A DNA stretch of 64,000 nt from Planctomycetota bacterium (GCA_965248575.1 CBDFJQ010000002.1:5056001-5120000), one strand, 5' to 3'. Positions 36,575 to 46,927 are shown, counted from the first letter of the stretch. Translations and numbers: made by a program. The notes: generated by a model from the sequence alone, not told the origin.

Positions 36575-38203
36575 ATGACGCTCTGGCTCAAGGGGGCGCT
36601 GGCTGCCCTGCTGATGTGCGCAGCCTGCGCGGTGCCGCAGGGTGCGGCAACCCCAGACGGTCCGGCTCCCGCTTCAGCCATCAAGGCGGGCTCCGAAGAG
36701 CCGGCAGCGGTGCGGGTACGGACCACGCCCCGGCTTGCCGCTGCGGGGAAGGCCATCCCGTCGGAACGTGCCTTGATGCTCGCCTCCCGGACACGGGCTC
36801 GCTTCGGCGCGGAGGTGGAGAGCTTGCTGGCACAACTGGTGTCCTTCGACACCTTTCATCGGGACGGGACGAGCAACGCGGACCACCCGAGCTTCCAGTC
36901 CATGACGACGTTCCTCAAGCAGTTCGCGGAGGGCGCAGGACTGAAGTTCGCCGACCACGGCAACGTCGTGGTGGTGAGCATGGGCGTGGCGCCGGACCGC
37001 CTGGGCGTCGTCACTCATGGCGACGTGCAGCCCGCGACTCCCAGCAAGTGGGCACGCAGCCCTTTCGAGTTGGACACGGCCAGCGAACCGGGGCGGCTGC
37101 TGGGGCGTGGAACCGAGGATGACAAGGGGCCCATCGCTTGTGCCCTGATCGCCATGCGTGAGTTGGCCGCCATGGACTGGGCTCTGGAGCGGCGCATCGA
37201 GTTGATCATCTCGTACACCGAAGAGTCGGACTGGGGCCCCTTTTCGGAGTTCCTTGCGCGCAATCCTCCCCCCTCGCTCAACGTCGCTTTCGACGCGGAC
37301 TATCCCGTCGTCGTGGCGGAGAAGGGTTGGTGCAGCGTGAAGGTGGGGCTGCCCGAACCCGAAGCTGTGGTGGCGATGATGGGCCCCCGTATCCTCAGCC
37401 TCTCGGGGGGCTTCTTCCTGAGCCAGGTGCCCGAGGATGCCGTGGCGCGGCTGGATGGTGTCGAGTCGGAGCTGGAGACTGACCTGCGCACTGCGGCAGC
37501 AGAGGACGCGGATGTCTCGTACAGCTTCCGTCGCGAGGGTGAGGTCCTGACCATCACCGCGCAGGGCGTCTCGGCCCACTCGTCGATCCCGGAAGAGGGG
37601 CGCAATGCCATCACGCATCTGGCGGCCCTGTTGGGGACGCACGAGAACTGGTTGGAGAGCCGGGCGGCGCGCATGGTGCGCTTCACCAATCAGCTGGTGG
37701 GCACGGGCTTCTACGGAGAGCTCTTCGGTGACCTCGCCCACTCCGACGACTTCATGGGCCCCCTGACCCTGTCCTTCGGAACCCTTGCTGAAGAGGGCGG
37801 CCTGCTACTGGCGGGGATCAACGTGCGCCGACCGGAGGGGCGCAGTCGAGAACAGGTCGAAGACAGCATCCGTAGCGCCGTGAGCGCATGGGCCGCAGAG
37901 AACGGTGTCTCAGGGCACACGCTCGAGATGTCCATCGAGCCGGCGCATCGCGTCCACGACGCGCCGCATGTGCCCATCCTGCTGGAAACCTTCAAGCACT
38001 ACACGGGGACGGCGGAGGCGGAGCCTCTCTCCATTGGCGGGGGCACCCACGCGCGCATGGTTCCGCATGGGGTGAACTTCGGTCCCGCCATGCCCGGCGC
38101 CCTCTACACCGGGCATTCCGAGCACGAGTTCATCACGCGTAAGCAACTGCTCAAGAACCTGGAGATGTACACATCCTTGCTGGTGGACCTCGCGGTTCGC
38201 TGA
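36575..38203 (+). CDS. M20-family dipeptidase (PepV/Sapep-like), lipoprotein
   Basis: THGDVQPA, GRGTEDDKGP, TEES, DADYP, GGGTHAR, HSEHE; lipobox CAAC. Confidence 0.9.
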   Translation: MTLWLKGALAALLMCAACAVPQGAATPDGPAPASAIKAGSEEPAAVRVRTTPRLAAAGKAIPSERALMLASRTRARFGAEVESLLAQLVSFDTFHRDGTSNADHPSFQSMTTFLKQFAEGAGLKFADHGNVVVVSMGVAPDRLGVVTHGDVQPATPSKWARSPFELDTASEPGRLLGRGTEDDKGPIACALIAMRELAAMDWALERRIELIISYTEESDWGPFSEFLARNPPPSLNVAFDADYPVVVAEKGWCSVKVGLPEPEAVVAMMGPRILSLSGGFFLSQVPEDAVARLDGVESELETDLRTAAAEDADVSYSFRREGEVLTITAQGVSAHSSIPEEGRNAITHLAALLGTHENWLESRAARMVRFTNQLVGTGFYGELFGDLAHSDDFMGPLTLSFGTLAEEGGLLLAGINVRRPEGRSREQVEDSIRSAVSAWAAENGVSGHTLEMSIEPAHRVHDAPHVPILLETFKHYTGTAEAEPLSIGGGTHARMVPHGVNFGPAMPGALYTGHSEHEFITRKQLLKNLEMYTSLLVDLAVR

Positions 38204-38207
38204 CGCT

Positions 38208-39467
38208 CTATGCTGGAGCGAGGCCCAGGCTTGGCCACGAGCCGCCGAGGACGGGAGCCGCCGGGACGCCGATCCACTCTTCAATCAGGCTGGCGTAGAC
38301 CGTTCTGAAGTCCGTCGTGAACTGAACGTCTCCACGCTCATCCAGGGCCTCGAGATTCGGCGGCGCTCCATAGCGACCTCCTTTGAGCGCGCTGCCGGCG
38401 ACGAACACCGGTCCAGCCGTCCCGTGATCCGTTCCGCCGCTGGCATTCGCAGCCACACGCCGTCCGAACTCGCTGTGCACCATCACGGCCACATGCTCTG
38501 CGAGGCCGCCGGCTTCGAGGTCCGCGAGGAATGCATCCAGGGCGCCGTCGAGCTCCGCCAGCAGGCGCCCCTGTCGATCCGCCTGGGCCGTGTGCGTATC
38601 AAAACCGCCCATGCTCAGGGCAAAGACCCGGGTCTCCAAGCCGCCTGCGATCAGGCTCGCCACCAGGCGCAAGTCGTCGGCGAGGTCGGTGCTGGGGTAG
38701 TTCACACGGGGCTGGTAGTCGCTCGATGCCAGGCGGATCGCATCCGAGGAGCGTCGAGCGTCCATGTAGGAGCGCTTGAGGAACTCCCGGGCCCTGTCGG
38801 ACACGTCGTCCGCGGCCACGGCTGTGTCGAGAGCCTCGACGAGTTGGTCGTCCCCGAGCACACGAAAGGCTGCGGGGCGCGTCAGGGCGATGGCCCGGCA
38901 CTGCTCAGCCCGACAGGAATAAGGGACCTTGGTGCCCAGGCTGAGCACGGCGTTGGGGTCACCAGACTGGGCGAAGTGTGCGTCGGCCAGGCGTCCCAGC
39001 CACCCGGTCTCGCGACCGCGGCCACTCATGTCCGCGGTGTGCCAGATGTCCCGCGACAAGAAGTGGGAGCGCTGCGGTTCGGGATAGCCGACGCCTTCGA
39101 TGATCGCCAGCTGGCCACGCTGGAAGCGCTCTGCTAGGCCGGCCAGGGACGGGTGGAGCCCGGTGCTGTCATCCAGGGCCAGCGCATCCGTGATGGCCAG
39201 CTCGCCTCGGGCGCGCAGATAGGTGTCGTTTCTGCGGGGCACCACGGTGTTCAGGCCGTCGTTGCCTCCGGCGAGTTCGAGCACGACCAGGACGGGTTTT
39301 CTCGCGCTGGACGCGGCGGCCAGCGCCGACTGACCGAAGGCAGGAAGCTTGGGGGTCCGAGGCAGTCCGGGGATCCAAGCTGCCGCAGCCAGGGCGGCGG
39401 CTTGCCGCAGGAACTTGCGCCGCGTGTCGGCAGCAGCGTGCAGCTCGTGTCGCGTGTTTGGGTTCAT
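38208..39467 (-). CDS. DUF1501-family protein with Tat signal
   Basis: TRRKFL; LAGGNDGLNTVVP, RSHF, GGFDTH, SEFGRR...GTDHG, DFRTVYA. Confidence 0.92.
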   Translation of the reverse strand: MNPNTRHELHAAADTRRKFLRQAAALAAAAWIPGLPRTPKLPAFGQSALAAASSARKPVLVVLELAGGNDGLNTVVPRRNDTYLRARGELAITDALALDDSTGLHPSLAGLAERFQRGQLAIIEGVGYPEPQRSHFLSRDIWHTADMSGRGRETGWLGRLADAHFAQSGDPNAVLSLGTKVPYSCRAEQCRAIALTRPAAFRVLGDDQLVEALDTAVAADDVSDRAREFLKRSYMDARRSSDAIRLASSDYQPRVNYPSTDLADDLRLVASLIAGGLETRVFALSMGGFDTHTAQADRQGRLLAELDGALDAFLADLEAGGLAEHVAVMVHSEFGRRVAANASGGTDHGTAGPVFVAGSALKGGRYGAPPNLEALDERGDVQFTTDFRTVYASLIEEWIGVPAAPVLGGSWPSLGLAPA

Positions 39468-39517
39468 GGGTTCCTCCCGAAGCGTGGACGTGGACGAGGG
39501 CGGACGTCCAGGAGTCT

Positions 39518-41191
39518 TCAGTTCAGCTGGTACTCAGGCAGGCTGAGCAACATATGAGCAACGTCCAAGACCAGCTCGGCGGTCTGGGTGTCGCTCAGGC
39601 GATAGGCCTCCGCACCAAAGGGTGCGAGGTACTCTGCGAGGCGCGCCCGGGTCTCCGGGGAGGGAGCCACGGGAAGCAGGCGTTCACAGAGAGCGGTGAC
39701 AGCGGCATCGGGTTGGTCTGCGTTTCGGGTCAGGGATGCGACGTCCGCCTGCTCCTTCCAGCTCTTCAAGTCGCGCGTGCCCTTGGGCAGTGCCTTGCGT
39801 AACTCGCGACCCTCGTCGGACCGCAGCCAGGCCTTGTCCACGCCGCCCAGTAGCATCCAGGCAACGTTGGCACGCAGCAGGATCGTCGAGCTGCTGATCC
39901 AGGATTCGCCGCCTTCCCAGCCCTTCACGTTGGGCGGGTTCAAGAGGTCCTGTCCGAGCAACTCACAGGCGGAGGCCATGAAGGGACCAGGTGGCGGAGC
40001 CAGTTCGAGCCTTCTGAGGGTGGACACCACGAACTCCACCGGGCTCTTGAAGAGGGCGGCGCGTGCGTCGCGGGCGTAGAAGTCGGGCGAGCGGAACATC
40101 TGCGTCAACAACGGGCGCAGCGCGTAGCCGTGTCCTCGGAACGTGGTGGCGAGCTCCGCGACCCAGGCTTCGTTGGGCTCTGGCGTCGCATAGAATGCGA
40201 GCAACTTGCGCACGACGAAGGTCGCCGTCGAGTCTTGCTCCAAGAGGATGTCCAGCACATCCTCGGCATCAAAGTCACCGGTTCGACCCAGGAAAGTCTT
40301 CGAGCTGCGGTCGTGGCGTCTGCGGCTGAACCGTGCCTCGCCTGTGTCCTTGTCCGTGCGCCAACCTGTGAATGCCCGAGCGGCTTCCACGATGTCTTGC
40401 TCGCTGTAGTTTCCCTCGCCGAGCGTGAAGAGCTCCATCACTTCGCGAGCGAAGTTTTCGTTGGGCGCGCCCTTCTTGTTCTTGTCGTTGTTCAGGTAGC
40501 TGAGCATCGCCGGGTCGAGGGCCACGGTGTGTAGCAGCGAGCCGAACGACCCCATGCCTTCACGTCGGAAGCGCTCCACCTGCTGGATCATGGCGTGCGA
40601 GTCCTTCACCGTCCTTTGGGATGAGGTGAAGTGGCCGTGCCAGAAGACAGCCAGCTTCTCGCGAGCCGGGTAGGTGCCGCGCGCCATGGTCGTGAGCCAG
40701 AACTCCCGGTAGTCGCCGACCTGCTGCTTGTCGTTGCGGCGGGTGCTCTTGCGAAGATCCTTGCGTTCGTCTTCGCCGTCCATCGCCCGCCTCTCTTTTT
40801 TGCCCTGGAGACGGTAGGCCGTGCTGGGGAAGGCAGGGGGGGCGGAGAGGTCAGAGCCGAGCAGGTTGTCAACAGCGGCCTCGGGTCCCAAGGCGTGCAG
40901 GGCGCGCACCTCGGCGGGCGTGCCCCCAAAGGCTGCCCGGTCGAGTAGGTGACGGGCGGCGGCCAGATCCCAGGTGAAGGACTCAGCAGCCGGGTCGGGG
41001 GCCTGGTCCGCCAAGCTTTGCGTCACGCCCCGGGGGGCGAGCAACGCCAGCGCCAGGAGCGGCGCCCAGGCCAGAGAGGAGCGCGCACACACCGAAGGCG
41101 TGAGGGAGGAAGCGCTGAATGGCCAACTGACGAGCTGGGGTGGGGCACGCACGGGGCATCTCCGAAGACACGCAGCAACGACTCTCACCAC
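39518..41191 (-). CDS. DUF1800-family protein (start uncertain)
   Basis: HLLDRAAFG, EKLAVFWHGHF, PAMLSYLNN, PNENFAREVMELFTLG, PPNVKGW, PEYQLN. Confidence 0.92.
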   Translation of the reverse strand: MVRVVAACLRRCPVRAPPQLVSWPFSASSLTPSVCARSSLAWAPLLALALLAPRGVTQSLADQAPDPAAESFTWDLAAARHLLDRAAFGGTPAEVRALHALGPEAAVDNLLGSDLSAPPAFPSTAYRLQGKKERRAMDGEDERKDLRKSTRRNDKQQVGDYREFWLTTMARGTYPAREKLAVFWHGHFTSSQRTVKDSHAMIQQVERFRREGMGSFGSLLHTVALDPAMLSYLNNDKNKKGAPNENFAREVMELFTLGEGNYSEQDIVEAARAFTGWRTDKDTGEARFSRRRHDRSSKTFLGRTGDFDAEDVLDILLEQDSTATFVVRKLLAFYATPEPNEAWVAELATTFRGHGYALRPLLTQMFRSPDFYARDARAALFKSPVEFVVSTLRRLELAPPPGPFMASACELLGQDLLNPPNVKGWEGGESWISSSTILLRANVAWMLLGGVDKAWLRSDEGRELRKALPKGTRDLKSWKEQADVASLTRNADQPDAAVTALCERLLPVAPSPETRARLAEYLAPFGAEAYRLSDTQTAELVLDVAHMLLSLPEYQLN

Positions 41192-41279
41192 GAGAGCCAG
41201 GCGCCCACCCTATCAAGCGTTCATGAGATCGCTGTGAGAGTAAGACTGGCCGATGGGCGCACCGGTCATGCTCTGGCCC

Positions 41280-41603
41280 TTACTCGCCATAGAGGTGCAG
41301 CCAGGTCTGGGACCAGATTCCCAGGATCGAGAGCACCTCGACGTCGGCGTAACGCACCTGCTTGAAACCGTGACGCTTTGCTGTTTGGCCGATGCCCTGC
41401 TCGCCCCAATCAACCCGCAGGCTGTTGATGACGACGTGCTTGGTGCCGTGCCGGAATTGCCGGCCGGTGTCGCTGCTCACGTCGAGTTCGTGCCCGCTCA
41501 TGTTGGTGTCGAGGGGCGCGGTGACATGGTTGTAGATGGCGCCGCAGCTCGTGAGCAGAAGCCCGCAGAGCAGGCCGGAAAGCAGATGTCGGGAGGCGGT
41601 CAT
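41280..41603 (-). CDS. TRL-like lipoprotein
   Basis: Lipobox LTSC; WGEQGIGQTAKRHGF...YAD...YGE C-terminus. Confidence 0.8.
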   Translation of the reverse strand: MTASRHLLSGLLCGLLLTSCGAIYNHVTAPLDTNMSGHELDVSSDTGRQFRHGTKHVVINSLRVDWGEQGIGQTAKRHGFKQVRYADVEVLSILGIWSQTWLHLYGE

Positions 41604-41893
41604 TCGCCGTAGACGATCGTGGTCTGGCGGCTGTAGAGGCCGAACAGGTAGGCCATGAACTCGAGGTCCATGTGGTGCACCTTGGTGATGTTGCCGTTGG
41701 CCACGGCAGCCTGGGTGCCGCGATCGCCCCAGGCGACGAGCCACATGACGCTGTGAGCACTTGCGCGGCCCACCTTGTCGCCGAGCACCGTGGCGTGGAC
41801 ATCCTGGTCGAGCGGGACCACGACCTTGGTGTAGAGGCAGGCCGGGCTGGCCAGGAGCAACAGACCGAGGCAGAGCAGACGGGCAAGACGCAT
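41600..41893 (-). CDS. TRL-like lipoprotein
   Basis: Signal ending SPAC; AWGDRGTQAAVANGNITKVHHMD...TIVYGE. Confidence 0.85.
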   Translation of the reverse strand: MRLARLLCLGLLLLASPACLYTKVVVPLDQDVHATVLGDKVGRASAHSVMWLVAWGDRGTQAAVANGNITKVHHMDLEFMAYLFGLYSRQTTIVYGE

Positions 41894-42065
41894 GAATCGT
41901 TCTCCGGGTGGGCGCCGAGCGTAGCAGCCCAAGGTCGTGAAGGAAGGCCCTGGGCTGTTCGTATGATGCGTTTCCCGGACGCGGCCAGGGCGTTCGGGCT
42001 GACGCCCCGGGCCCAATCCCTGCTCCTGGGCTTGATTCGGCTTCCGCGTTCGAGACCCTGTCGGC

Positions 42066-42935
42066 ATGCGCTTGATCCTGACGCTCCTGGTGCGTGACGA
42101 AGAGGACATCCTCGAGGCCAACCTGCGGTATCACCTCAGCCGAGGCGTGGACCACATCCTGGTGACGGACAACCGGTCCGTGGATGGCACGCCGGAGATC
42201 CTGCGTCGCTTTGAGCGACAGGGGGTGGTGAGTGTCCGCTCCGAAGGCGAAGACACCTACGACCAATGGCGTTGGGTGACGCGCATGGCCCGCGAGGCCT
42301 TCCAGGAGCATGGGGCCGACTGGGTCATCCACGCCGATGCGGACGAGTTCTGGTGGCCTGCCGATGGTGACCTCAAGGCGGCCTTGGCGACGGTGCCTGC
42401 GCCTTTCGGTGCTTTGAAGGTTCCGCGCAACAACTTCCGGGTTCTGCGAGACCAGGCCGGGCCGTGCATCGGGAACATGTTGCTGCGTGAGGTGGAGTCC
42501 CAGAGCTATCTGGGCCGCCCGCTGCTGCCCAAGGTCTGCCACCGCGGCTGCGCCGATGCCGTGCTGCAACAGGGGAACCACGGGCTCCAACAGGAACAGA
42601 TGGAGACGCAACTCCCTGTCTTCGACACACACCAGCCGATCGAGATCCTGCACTTCCAGCTGCGGGGTTGGGAGCAGTTCGAGAACAAGATCGCCCTGGG
42701 TGGGGCGGCCTACGAGCGCAACACGCAGCTGCCTGAGAACCTTGGCAAGGGTTGGCGCCTGCTCTTCGATCTGCGGCGCCAGGGCAAGCTTCGGGACTAC
42801 TACGACGGACAGCTCGTGTCAGCTGCTGAGCGGGAGCAAGGCTTGCTCGACGGGCGCTTCCTGGAAGACCGCCGACTGGCGCGCTGGATGAGTTTGCTGG
42901 CGGCCACGTCACACGGCCCAGCGGTGTCGGCGTGA
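42066..42935 (+). CDS. GT2-family glycosyltransferase (Glyco_tranf_2_4-like)
   Basis: VRDEEDIL, DNRSVDGT, HADADEFW, GNH, LHF. Confidence 0.88.
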   Translation: MRLILTLLVRDEEDILEANLRYHLSRGVDHILVTDNRSVDGTPEILRRFERQGVVSVRSEGEDTYDQWRWVTRMAREAFQEHGADWVIHADADEFWWPADGDLKAALATVPAPFGALKVPRNNFRVLRDQAGPCIGNMLLREVESQSYLGRPLLPKVCHRGCADAVLQQGNHGLQQEQMETQLPVFDTHQPIEILHFQLRGWEQFENKIALGGAAYERNTQLPENLGKGWRLLFDLRRQGKLRDYYDGQLVSAAEREQGLLDGRFLEDRRLARWMSLLAATSHGPAVSA

Positions 42936-43645
42936 ACTACATCATCCTGGGGTGTGGTCGCAGTGGCACGAGCCTGCTGAGCAGCTTGTTCGGCCAAGCT
43001 GGCTTCGAGCTAGGTGCCAAGCTGCACCCGCCGCGCCACAGCAATCCCCCTGGTTTCTTCGAGAGCGGGGAGGTGAACCAGATCAACAACCTGCTGCTCG
43101 AGGGGCACCCTTCGCGCAACGGCTTGAGCGGTTGGGTGGGGGAGTATGAGCGCCCTGTCGAGGAGCTCGCTGCGGACGTTCGCCCACGGGTGGAAGCACT
43201 CGTGGCTCGTCAGCCCTTCTGCTTCAAGGACCCGCGCTTCTCCTTCACCTTGCCGGCCTGGGCGGACAGTCTGGGTGCGTTCAGCGCGCTCTTCGTGTTC
43301 CGGCATCCCGCTTGGGTCGTGGCCTCAATGCTCAAGGAGTGCAGCGCCTATTACCCGCAGTACGGCCTGACGGCGCCCATGGCCGAACGCATCTGGTGTG
43401 CTCATGCCCTGAGCCTGTTCGAGTTCTTGCAGCCGCGCTACAGAGTCCTATGCGTGGCTTATGAAGATCTCCTCGACGGCATAGGCGTGCGAGCCCTGGG
43501 TGCTCGACTCGGTCTCGAGCTGGACCAGCGCCTGGTCCAGAAGACCTTGAACCGCAGCAAGCCCGTCGGGCGGGCTGCGGAGGGACGCGCCTTGGACAGC
43601 CGGACCCTGGAGATCTTCGCCCGCTTGCGGGAGCTGAGGGTCTAG
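42932..43645 (+). CDS. Sulfotransferase-family protein
   Basis: 5'-PSB loop GCGRSGTSL, NPPGFFE, KDPR, FRHP...VASM, YEDL. Confidence 0.85.
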   Translation: MNYIILGCGRSGTSLLSSLFGQAGFELGAKLHPPRHSNPPGFFESGEVNQINNLLLEGHPSRNGLSGWVGEYERPVEELAADVRPRVEALVARQPFCFKDPRFSFTLPAWADSLGAFSALFVFRHPAWVVASMLKECSAYYPQYGLTAPMAERIWCAHALSLFEFLQPRYRVLCVAYEDLLDGIGVRALGARLGLELDQRLVQKTLNRSKPVGRAAEGRALDSRTLEIFARLRELRV

Positions 43646-43719
43646 AGCGCGGGAGCGGACCGCTGCGGCCGGATCCGTTTCCACGAGATTCTGAGGCGCT
43701 GATAGACTCGGCAACGCTC

Positions 43720-44535
43720 ATGTCCATCCACCGCCTTGACGATTCGCCGCTTTTCCCCGCCGTCGAGGGCGCAGACTCGGACGGCTTGCTGGCGATCGGT
43801 GGCGACCTGCGATTGGACCGCTTGCTCGAAGCCTACCGCCGCGGCATTTTCCCTTGGCCGAACGAAGACCTGCCTCTGCTCTGGTTCGCCCCGCCTGAGC
43901 GCATGGTGTTGCGCCCCGGAGCTGCGCACATGTCGCGCAGCTTGCGCGCCCACCTGCGTCGCAGCGGCGACGAGGTGCGTTTTGACACCGCCTTCGAAGC
44001 GGTGATCCGCGGCTGTGCTCGGGCCCCGCGCCCGGGCCAGGATGGCACCTGGATCAACGCCGAGATGGTCGACGCCTACATCCGCCTGCACGAGGCTGGC
44101 TATGCCCATTCGGTGGAGACCTGGCGTCGCGGCCAGTTGGTCGGTGGCCTCTACGGCATCTCATTGGGGGGCTTGTTCTTCGGCGAGTCGATGTTCAGTT
44201 GCGAGGTGAACGCCTCGAAGGTGGCCTTCGTGAGCTTGTGCCAGGAGCTGGCAGCGTCAGCCTTCCGTCTCTTTGATTGCCAGATGTACACCTCGCATCT
44301 GCAGACCATGGGTGCCTCGTTGATGCCCCGTGCCGAGTTCATGAACGAGTTGCGGGCTGGCCTTGAACAACCCACGCTGCGTGGTGCGTGGAGGCTGGCG
44401 GGAGCAGGCAAGGGCCTGGTGGCCGTGGAGCCTGCCCCGATCGGGAGTCCGCACGAGGGCGCGGCGGCGTCGTTGGCGTCGACGGCTTCACCCAGGCGCC
44501 GCCCTGACCCTCGCAGCACGGGTGCCTTGGCGTAG
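43720..44535 (+). CDS. aat: Leucyl/phenylalanyl-tRNA--protein transferase
   Basis: GLLAIGGDL, AYRRGIFPW, AHSVETW, LVGGLYG, FFGESMFS, ASKVA, DCQ. Confidence 0.95.
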   Translation: MSIHRLDDSPLFPAVEGADSDGLLAIGGDLRLDRLLEAYRRGIFPWPNEDLPLLWFAPPERMVLRPGAAHMSRSLRAHLRRSGDEVRFDTAFEAVIRGCARAPRPGQDGTWINAEMVDAYIRLHEAGYAHSVETWRRGQLVGGLYGISLGGLFFGESMFSCEVNASKVAFVSLCQELAASAFRLFDCQMYTSHLQTMGASLMPRAEFMNELRAGLEQPTLRGAWRLAGAGKGLVAVEPAPIGSPHEGAAASLASTASPRRRPDPRSTGALA

Positions 44536-44548
44536 TCCTGACGGGCTC

Positions 44549-46075
44549 CTAGAGCGACTTCAGGAAGACGTCGTCCACCTCGTTTTCGTCATCTTGCGCG
44601 AGATCAGAGGCCCTGCTGGAGAAGGCCACCATGTCGCCGTCCGGCGAGAGCGCCACGAGGTTGCTGTCGCCGCGCTCGCCACCGGAGACCTGTGGCGCGC
44701 TCAGAAGGCGCAAGGTGTGCGCCTGGCGATCCAGCAGATAGGCGTCGGCCACGGTGTCGCAGTCCTTGGGGTTCAGGTTGCGGGCCAGGCTTTGGAAGCC
44801 CACGAAGCGCCCATCCCCTGAGATCGTCGGGCTGAAGCAACGGTCGTCCGCCGCCTCTCCCGTGAAGGACAGGCTGACCTGTTCTGTCGTGCCCAGCACG
44901 CGGTCACGAAGGAAGACCTGTTCGACGATGGCGTGAGAAGCGTCGGACACAGGATTGTCGGCCACAAGATTGTCGGCCAGGCTGAGGAAGGCAACGTAGC
45001 GGCCGTTGCGGCTCAGGGAAGACTGTGGGAAGAGGCCACCGGAGGCATTGGCCTCGACACCCCCTGGTCCTACGTTGATGCGCTCGATCACACCTGTCTG
45101 CCGATCGAAGACGAACACATCGCCAGTCCCGTTCGCGTCGTCTGCTACGAGGTCGCTTCGATCGCTGGCAAAACTGATGAAGCGACCATCGCCCGAGATG
45201 GAAGGGTGAGTGCTCGAGCCTCCCTGAAGGCCCGCTCCCTGGCTGACGAGGGTCGTTTCACCGGACGTGCGGTCGAACAGGAAGATGTCGCAGAGCCCAT
45301 TGGCGTCCTGGCTCACCAGGTTGTCGGCCCAGCTCTGATACACCACGAATCGGCCGTCGTCCGAAACATCGGGGGCTGAACTCGTTCCGGTCCCTTGCTC
45401 GCCGTCCAGCCCGCGGGACACGAGCTGGGCCTGCCCCGTGGAGACGTCATGCAACACGATGTCCCCGAAGGGCATGTCCTTGCCGGGCAGGAGGTTGGTG
45501 GCATAGGTGGTGTAGGTGACCCATTTGCCGTCGGCAGAAATACGCGGGGTGCGGCTCGGTCCGTCGGCGCCTGCTTTGGTGGGGCCGGCGCTCAGGCGCA
45601 GCGGATGCAAGTCCTCCAGTGGGTCGCACCCGGTGATCCCACCTTCGACCCAGCCGGTCGGCATCAAGAAGATGTCTGAGCGACGGTTCTCGTCCCCACG
45701 CACAAGGTCGCCGGCGTCGCTGTCGAACACGAGCAAGCTGCCGTCGGCGCTGAGATCCACGCCGTGGATTCCGCTGCGGCCCGCCGCGGCGCTGCCCGAG
45801 GGGCTGCGCGACATGAGGCGGATCGGCGCATCGTGATCCGGGGGGCCGATGGGCCTGGGTCCGGCTGTGCCGCTCCCGCTCCTGCTCATCCTCATGATGG
45901 GGGCCACAACCGCGTTGGAAAGCCCGGTCGAGAAGGCGAGGGCCTTCGCACCGGGCGCCGCCTGGGGGGCCAGGATGGCGGCAGCGTCGGGCGCACCGGT
46001 AGCACGTTCGGGCGCAGCTCCGAGGAGCGCACACGCCAAGGCGCATACCGCGAGGGATGACGAGCAAATCGTCAC
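44549..46075 (-). CDS. Secreted TolB-like/PD40 beta-propeller protein
   Basis: Signal peptide; repeated ISxDGRFV(A/V)FxSxAxNLVxxDxNxxxDVF units. Confidence 0.85.
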   Translation of the reverse strand: MTICSSSLAVCALACALLGAAPERATGAPDAAAILAPQAAPGAKALAFSTGLSNAVVAPIMRMSRSGSGTAGPRPIGPPDHDAPIRLMSRSPSGSAAAGRSGIHGVDLSADGSLLVFDSDAGDLVRGDENRRSDIFLMPTGWVEGGITGCDPLEDLHPLRLSAGPTKAGADGPSRTPRISADGKWVTYTTYATNLLPGKDMPFGDIVLHDVSTGQAQLVSRGLDGEQGTGTSSAPDVSDDGRFVVYQSWADNLVSQDANGLCDIFLFDRTSGETTLVSQGAGLQGGSSTHPSISGDGRFISFASDRSDLVADDANGTGDVFVFDRQTGVIERINVGPGGVEANASGGLFPQSSLSRNGRYVAFLSLADNLVADNPVSDASHAIVEQVFLRDRVLGTTEQVSLSFTGEAADDRCFSPTISGDGRFVGFQSLARNLNPKDCDTVADAYLLDRQAHTLRLLSAPQVSGGERGDSNLVALSPDGDMVAFSSRASDLAQDDENEVDDVFLKSL

Positions 46076-46328
46076 GAGGCTGGGGATGTCGAGGAGAGGG
46101 AGGAGGATGCTTGGGCGAGATCAGCCACGAGCGCCCTCAGCCGGGAGGGGGCGAAGAACGCTCGTTTCGGGAGGCAATCTCTGTCACTCATAGGCGCTTC
46201 GGGTGCTGGGTAACCCATGAGTGCGCAGGCAGCCTCTCATGAAAGGCAGGAGACGGACACTCTGAGCCCGTCACTTGTTGGTCTCAGCATGGTCAGCAAC
46301 GGCGAATTGGGGGCATGTCGAGAGAGTG

Positions 46329-46829
46329 TCAGACCTGTGGATCTCTGACACGAAAGCTGGTGCCCACCGAGAGTCGGCCGATCTTCAGGACCCGGGTGTA
46401 GGCCCTGGCCTGGCCCGGATGGCGGTCGACATGGAGCCGGGTACTGTTGCCGTCGTGGAAGGATCCGGCGATCTGCTTGCAAGGGACGGCCCAGCTCGTC
46501 ACTTCGAGTTCCAGCCCGCCGTCGAAGTGCAGCCTGCTGCCCAGCTGGAGACGGCTCCAATCAACGCCCGCCAAGGTCAGGTTCTCACCCACCGTGCCGG
46601 GGGCGATGGGGTGACCGCGCGCACGCAGGGCTTCGATCACGTCCAGGCCCAAGAGGCAGACGGCCCGGTCCGGCCCACCGTGGTACTGACGGTTGGCTTG
46701 ACGGTCACCCACCAGTCCCGTGTGCAGGACCTCGACGTCTTCGACAGCCCGCTTGGGAACACCACCCCGTGAGAGGTTGATGGCATGCACGGTGCCTTGG
46801 ACTTCACGTTCTGATTGAGGAAGTTCCAT
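46329..46829 (-). CDS. MOSC domain protein
   Basis: GGVPK, GLVGD, HGGPDRAVC, GENLT, PCKQI. Confidence 0.9.
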   Translation of the reverse strand: MELPQSEREVQGTVHAINLSRGGVPKRAVEDVEVLHTGLVGDRQANRQYHGGPDRAVCLLGLDVIEALRARGHPIAPGTVGENLTLAGVDWSRLQLGSRLHFDGGLELEVTSWAVPCKQIAGSFHDGNSTRLHVDRHPGQARAYTRVLKIGRLSVGTSFRVRDPQV

Positions 46830-46927
46830 GGGGCTGAGAATACCGCGCAACGGGCGGTTCGACCCCAGTGAAGGGGCTTGGTACCGTGCGGCCCCGCGCC
46901 CCTCTCCGCGCCCCCCAGTGACCTGCG

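Noticed and set aside
41604..42653. N-terminal 350 aa of the 457-aa ORF 41280-42653
   Set aside because: It overlaps the GT2 gene and the other TRL-like gene. Only the last 107 aa, from ATG 41603, form a coherent lipoprotein.
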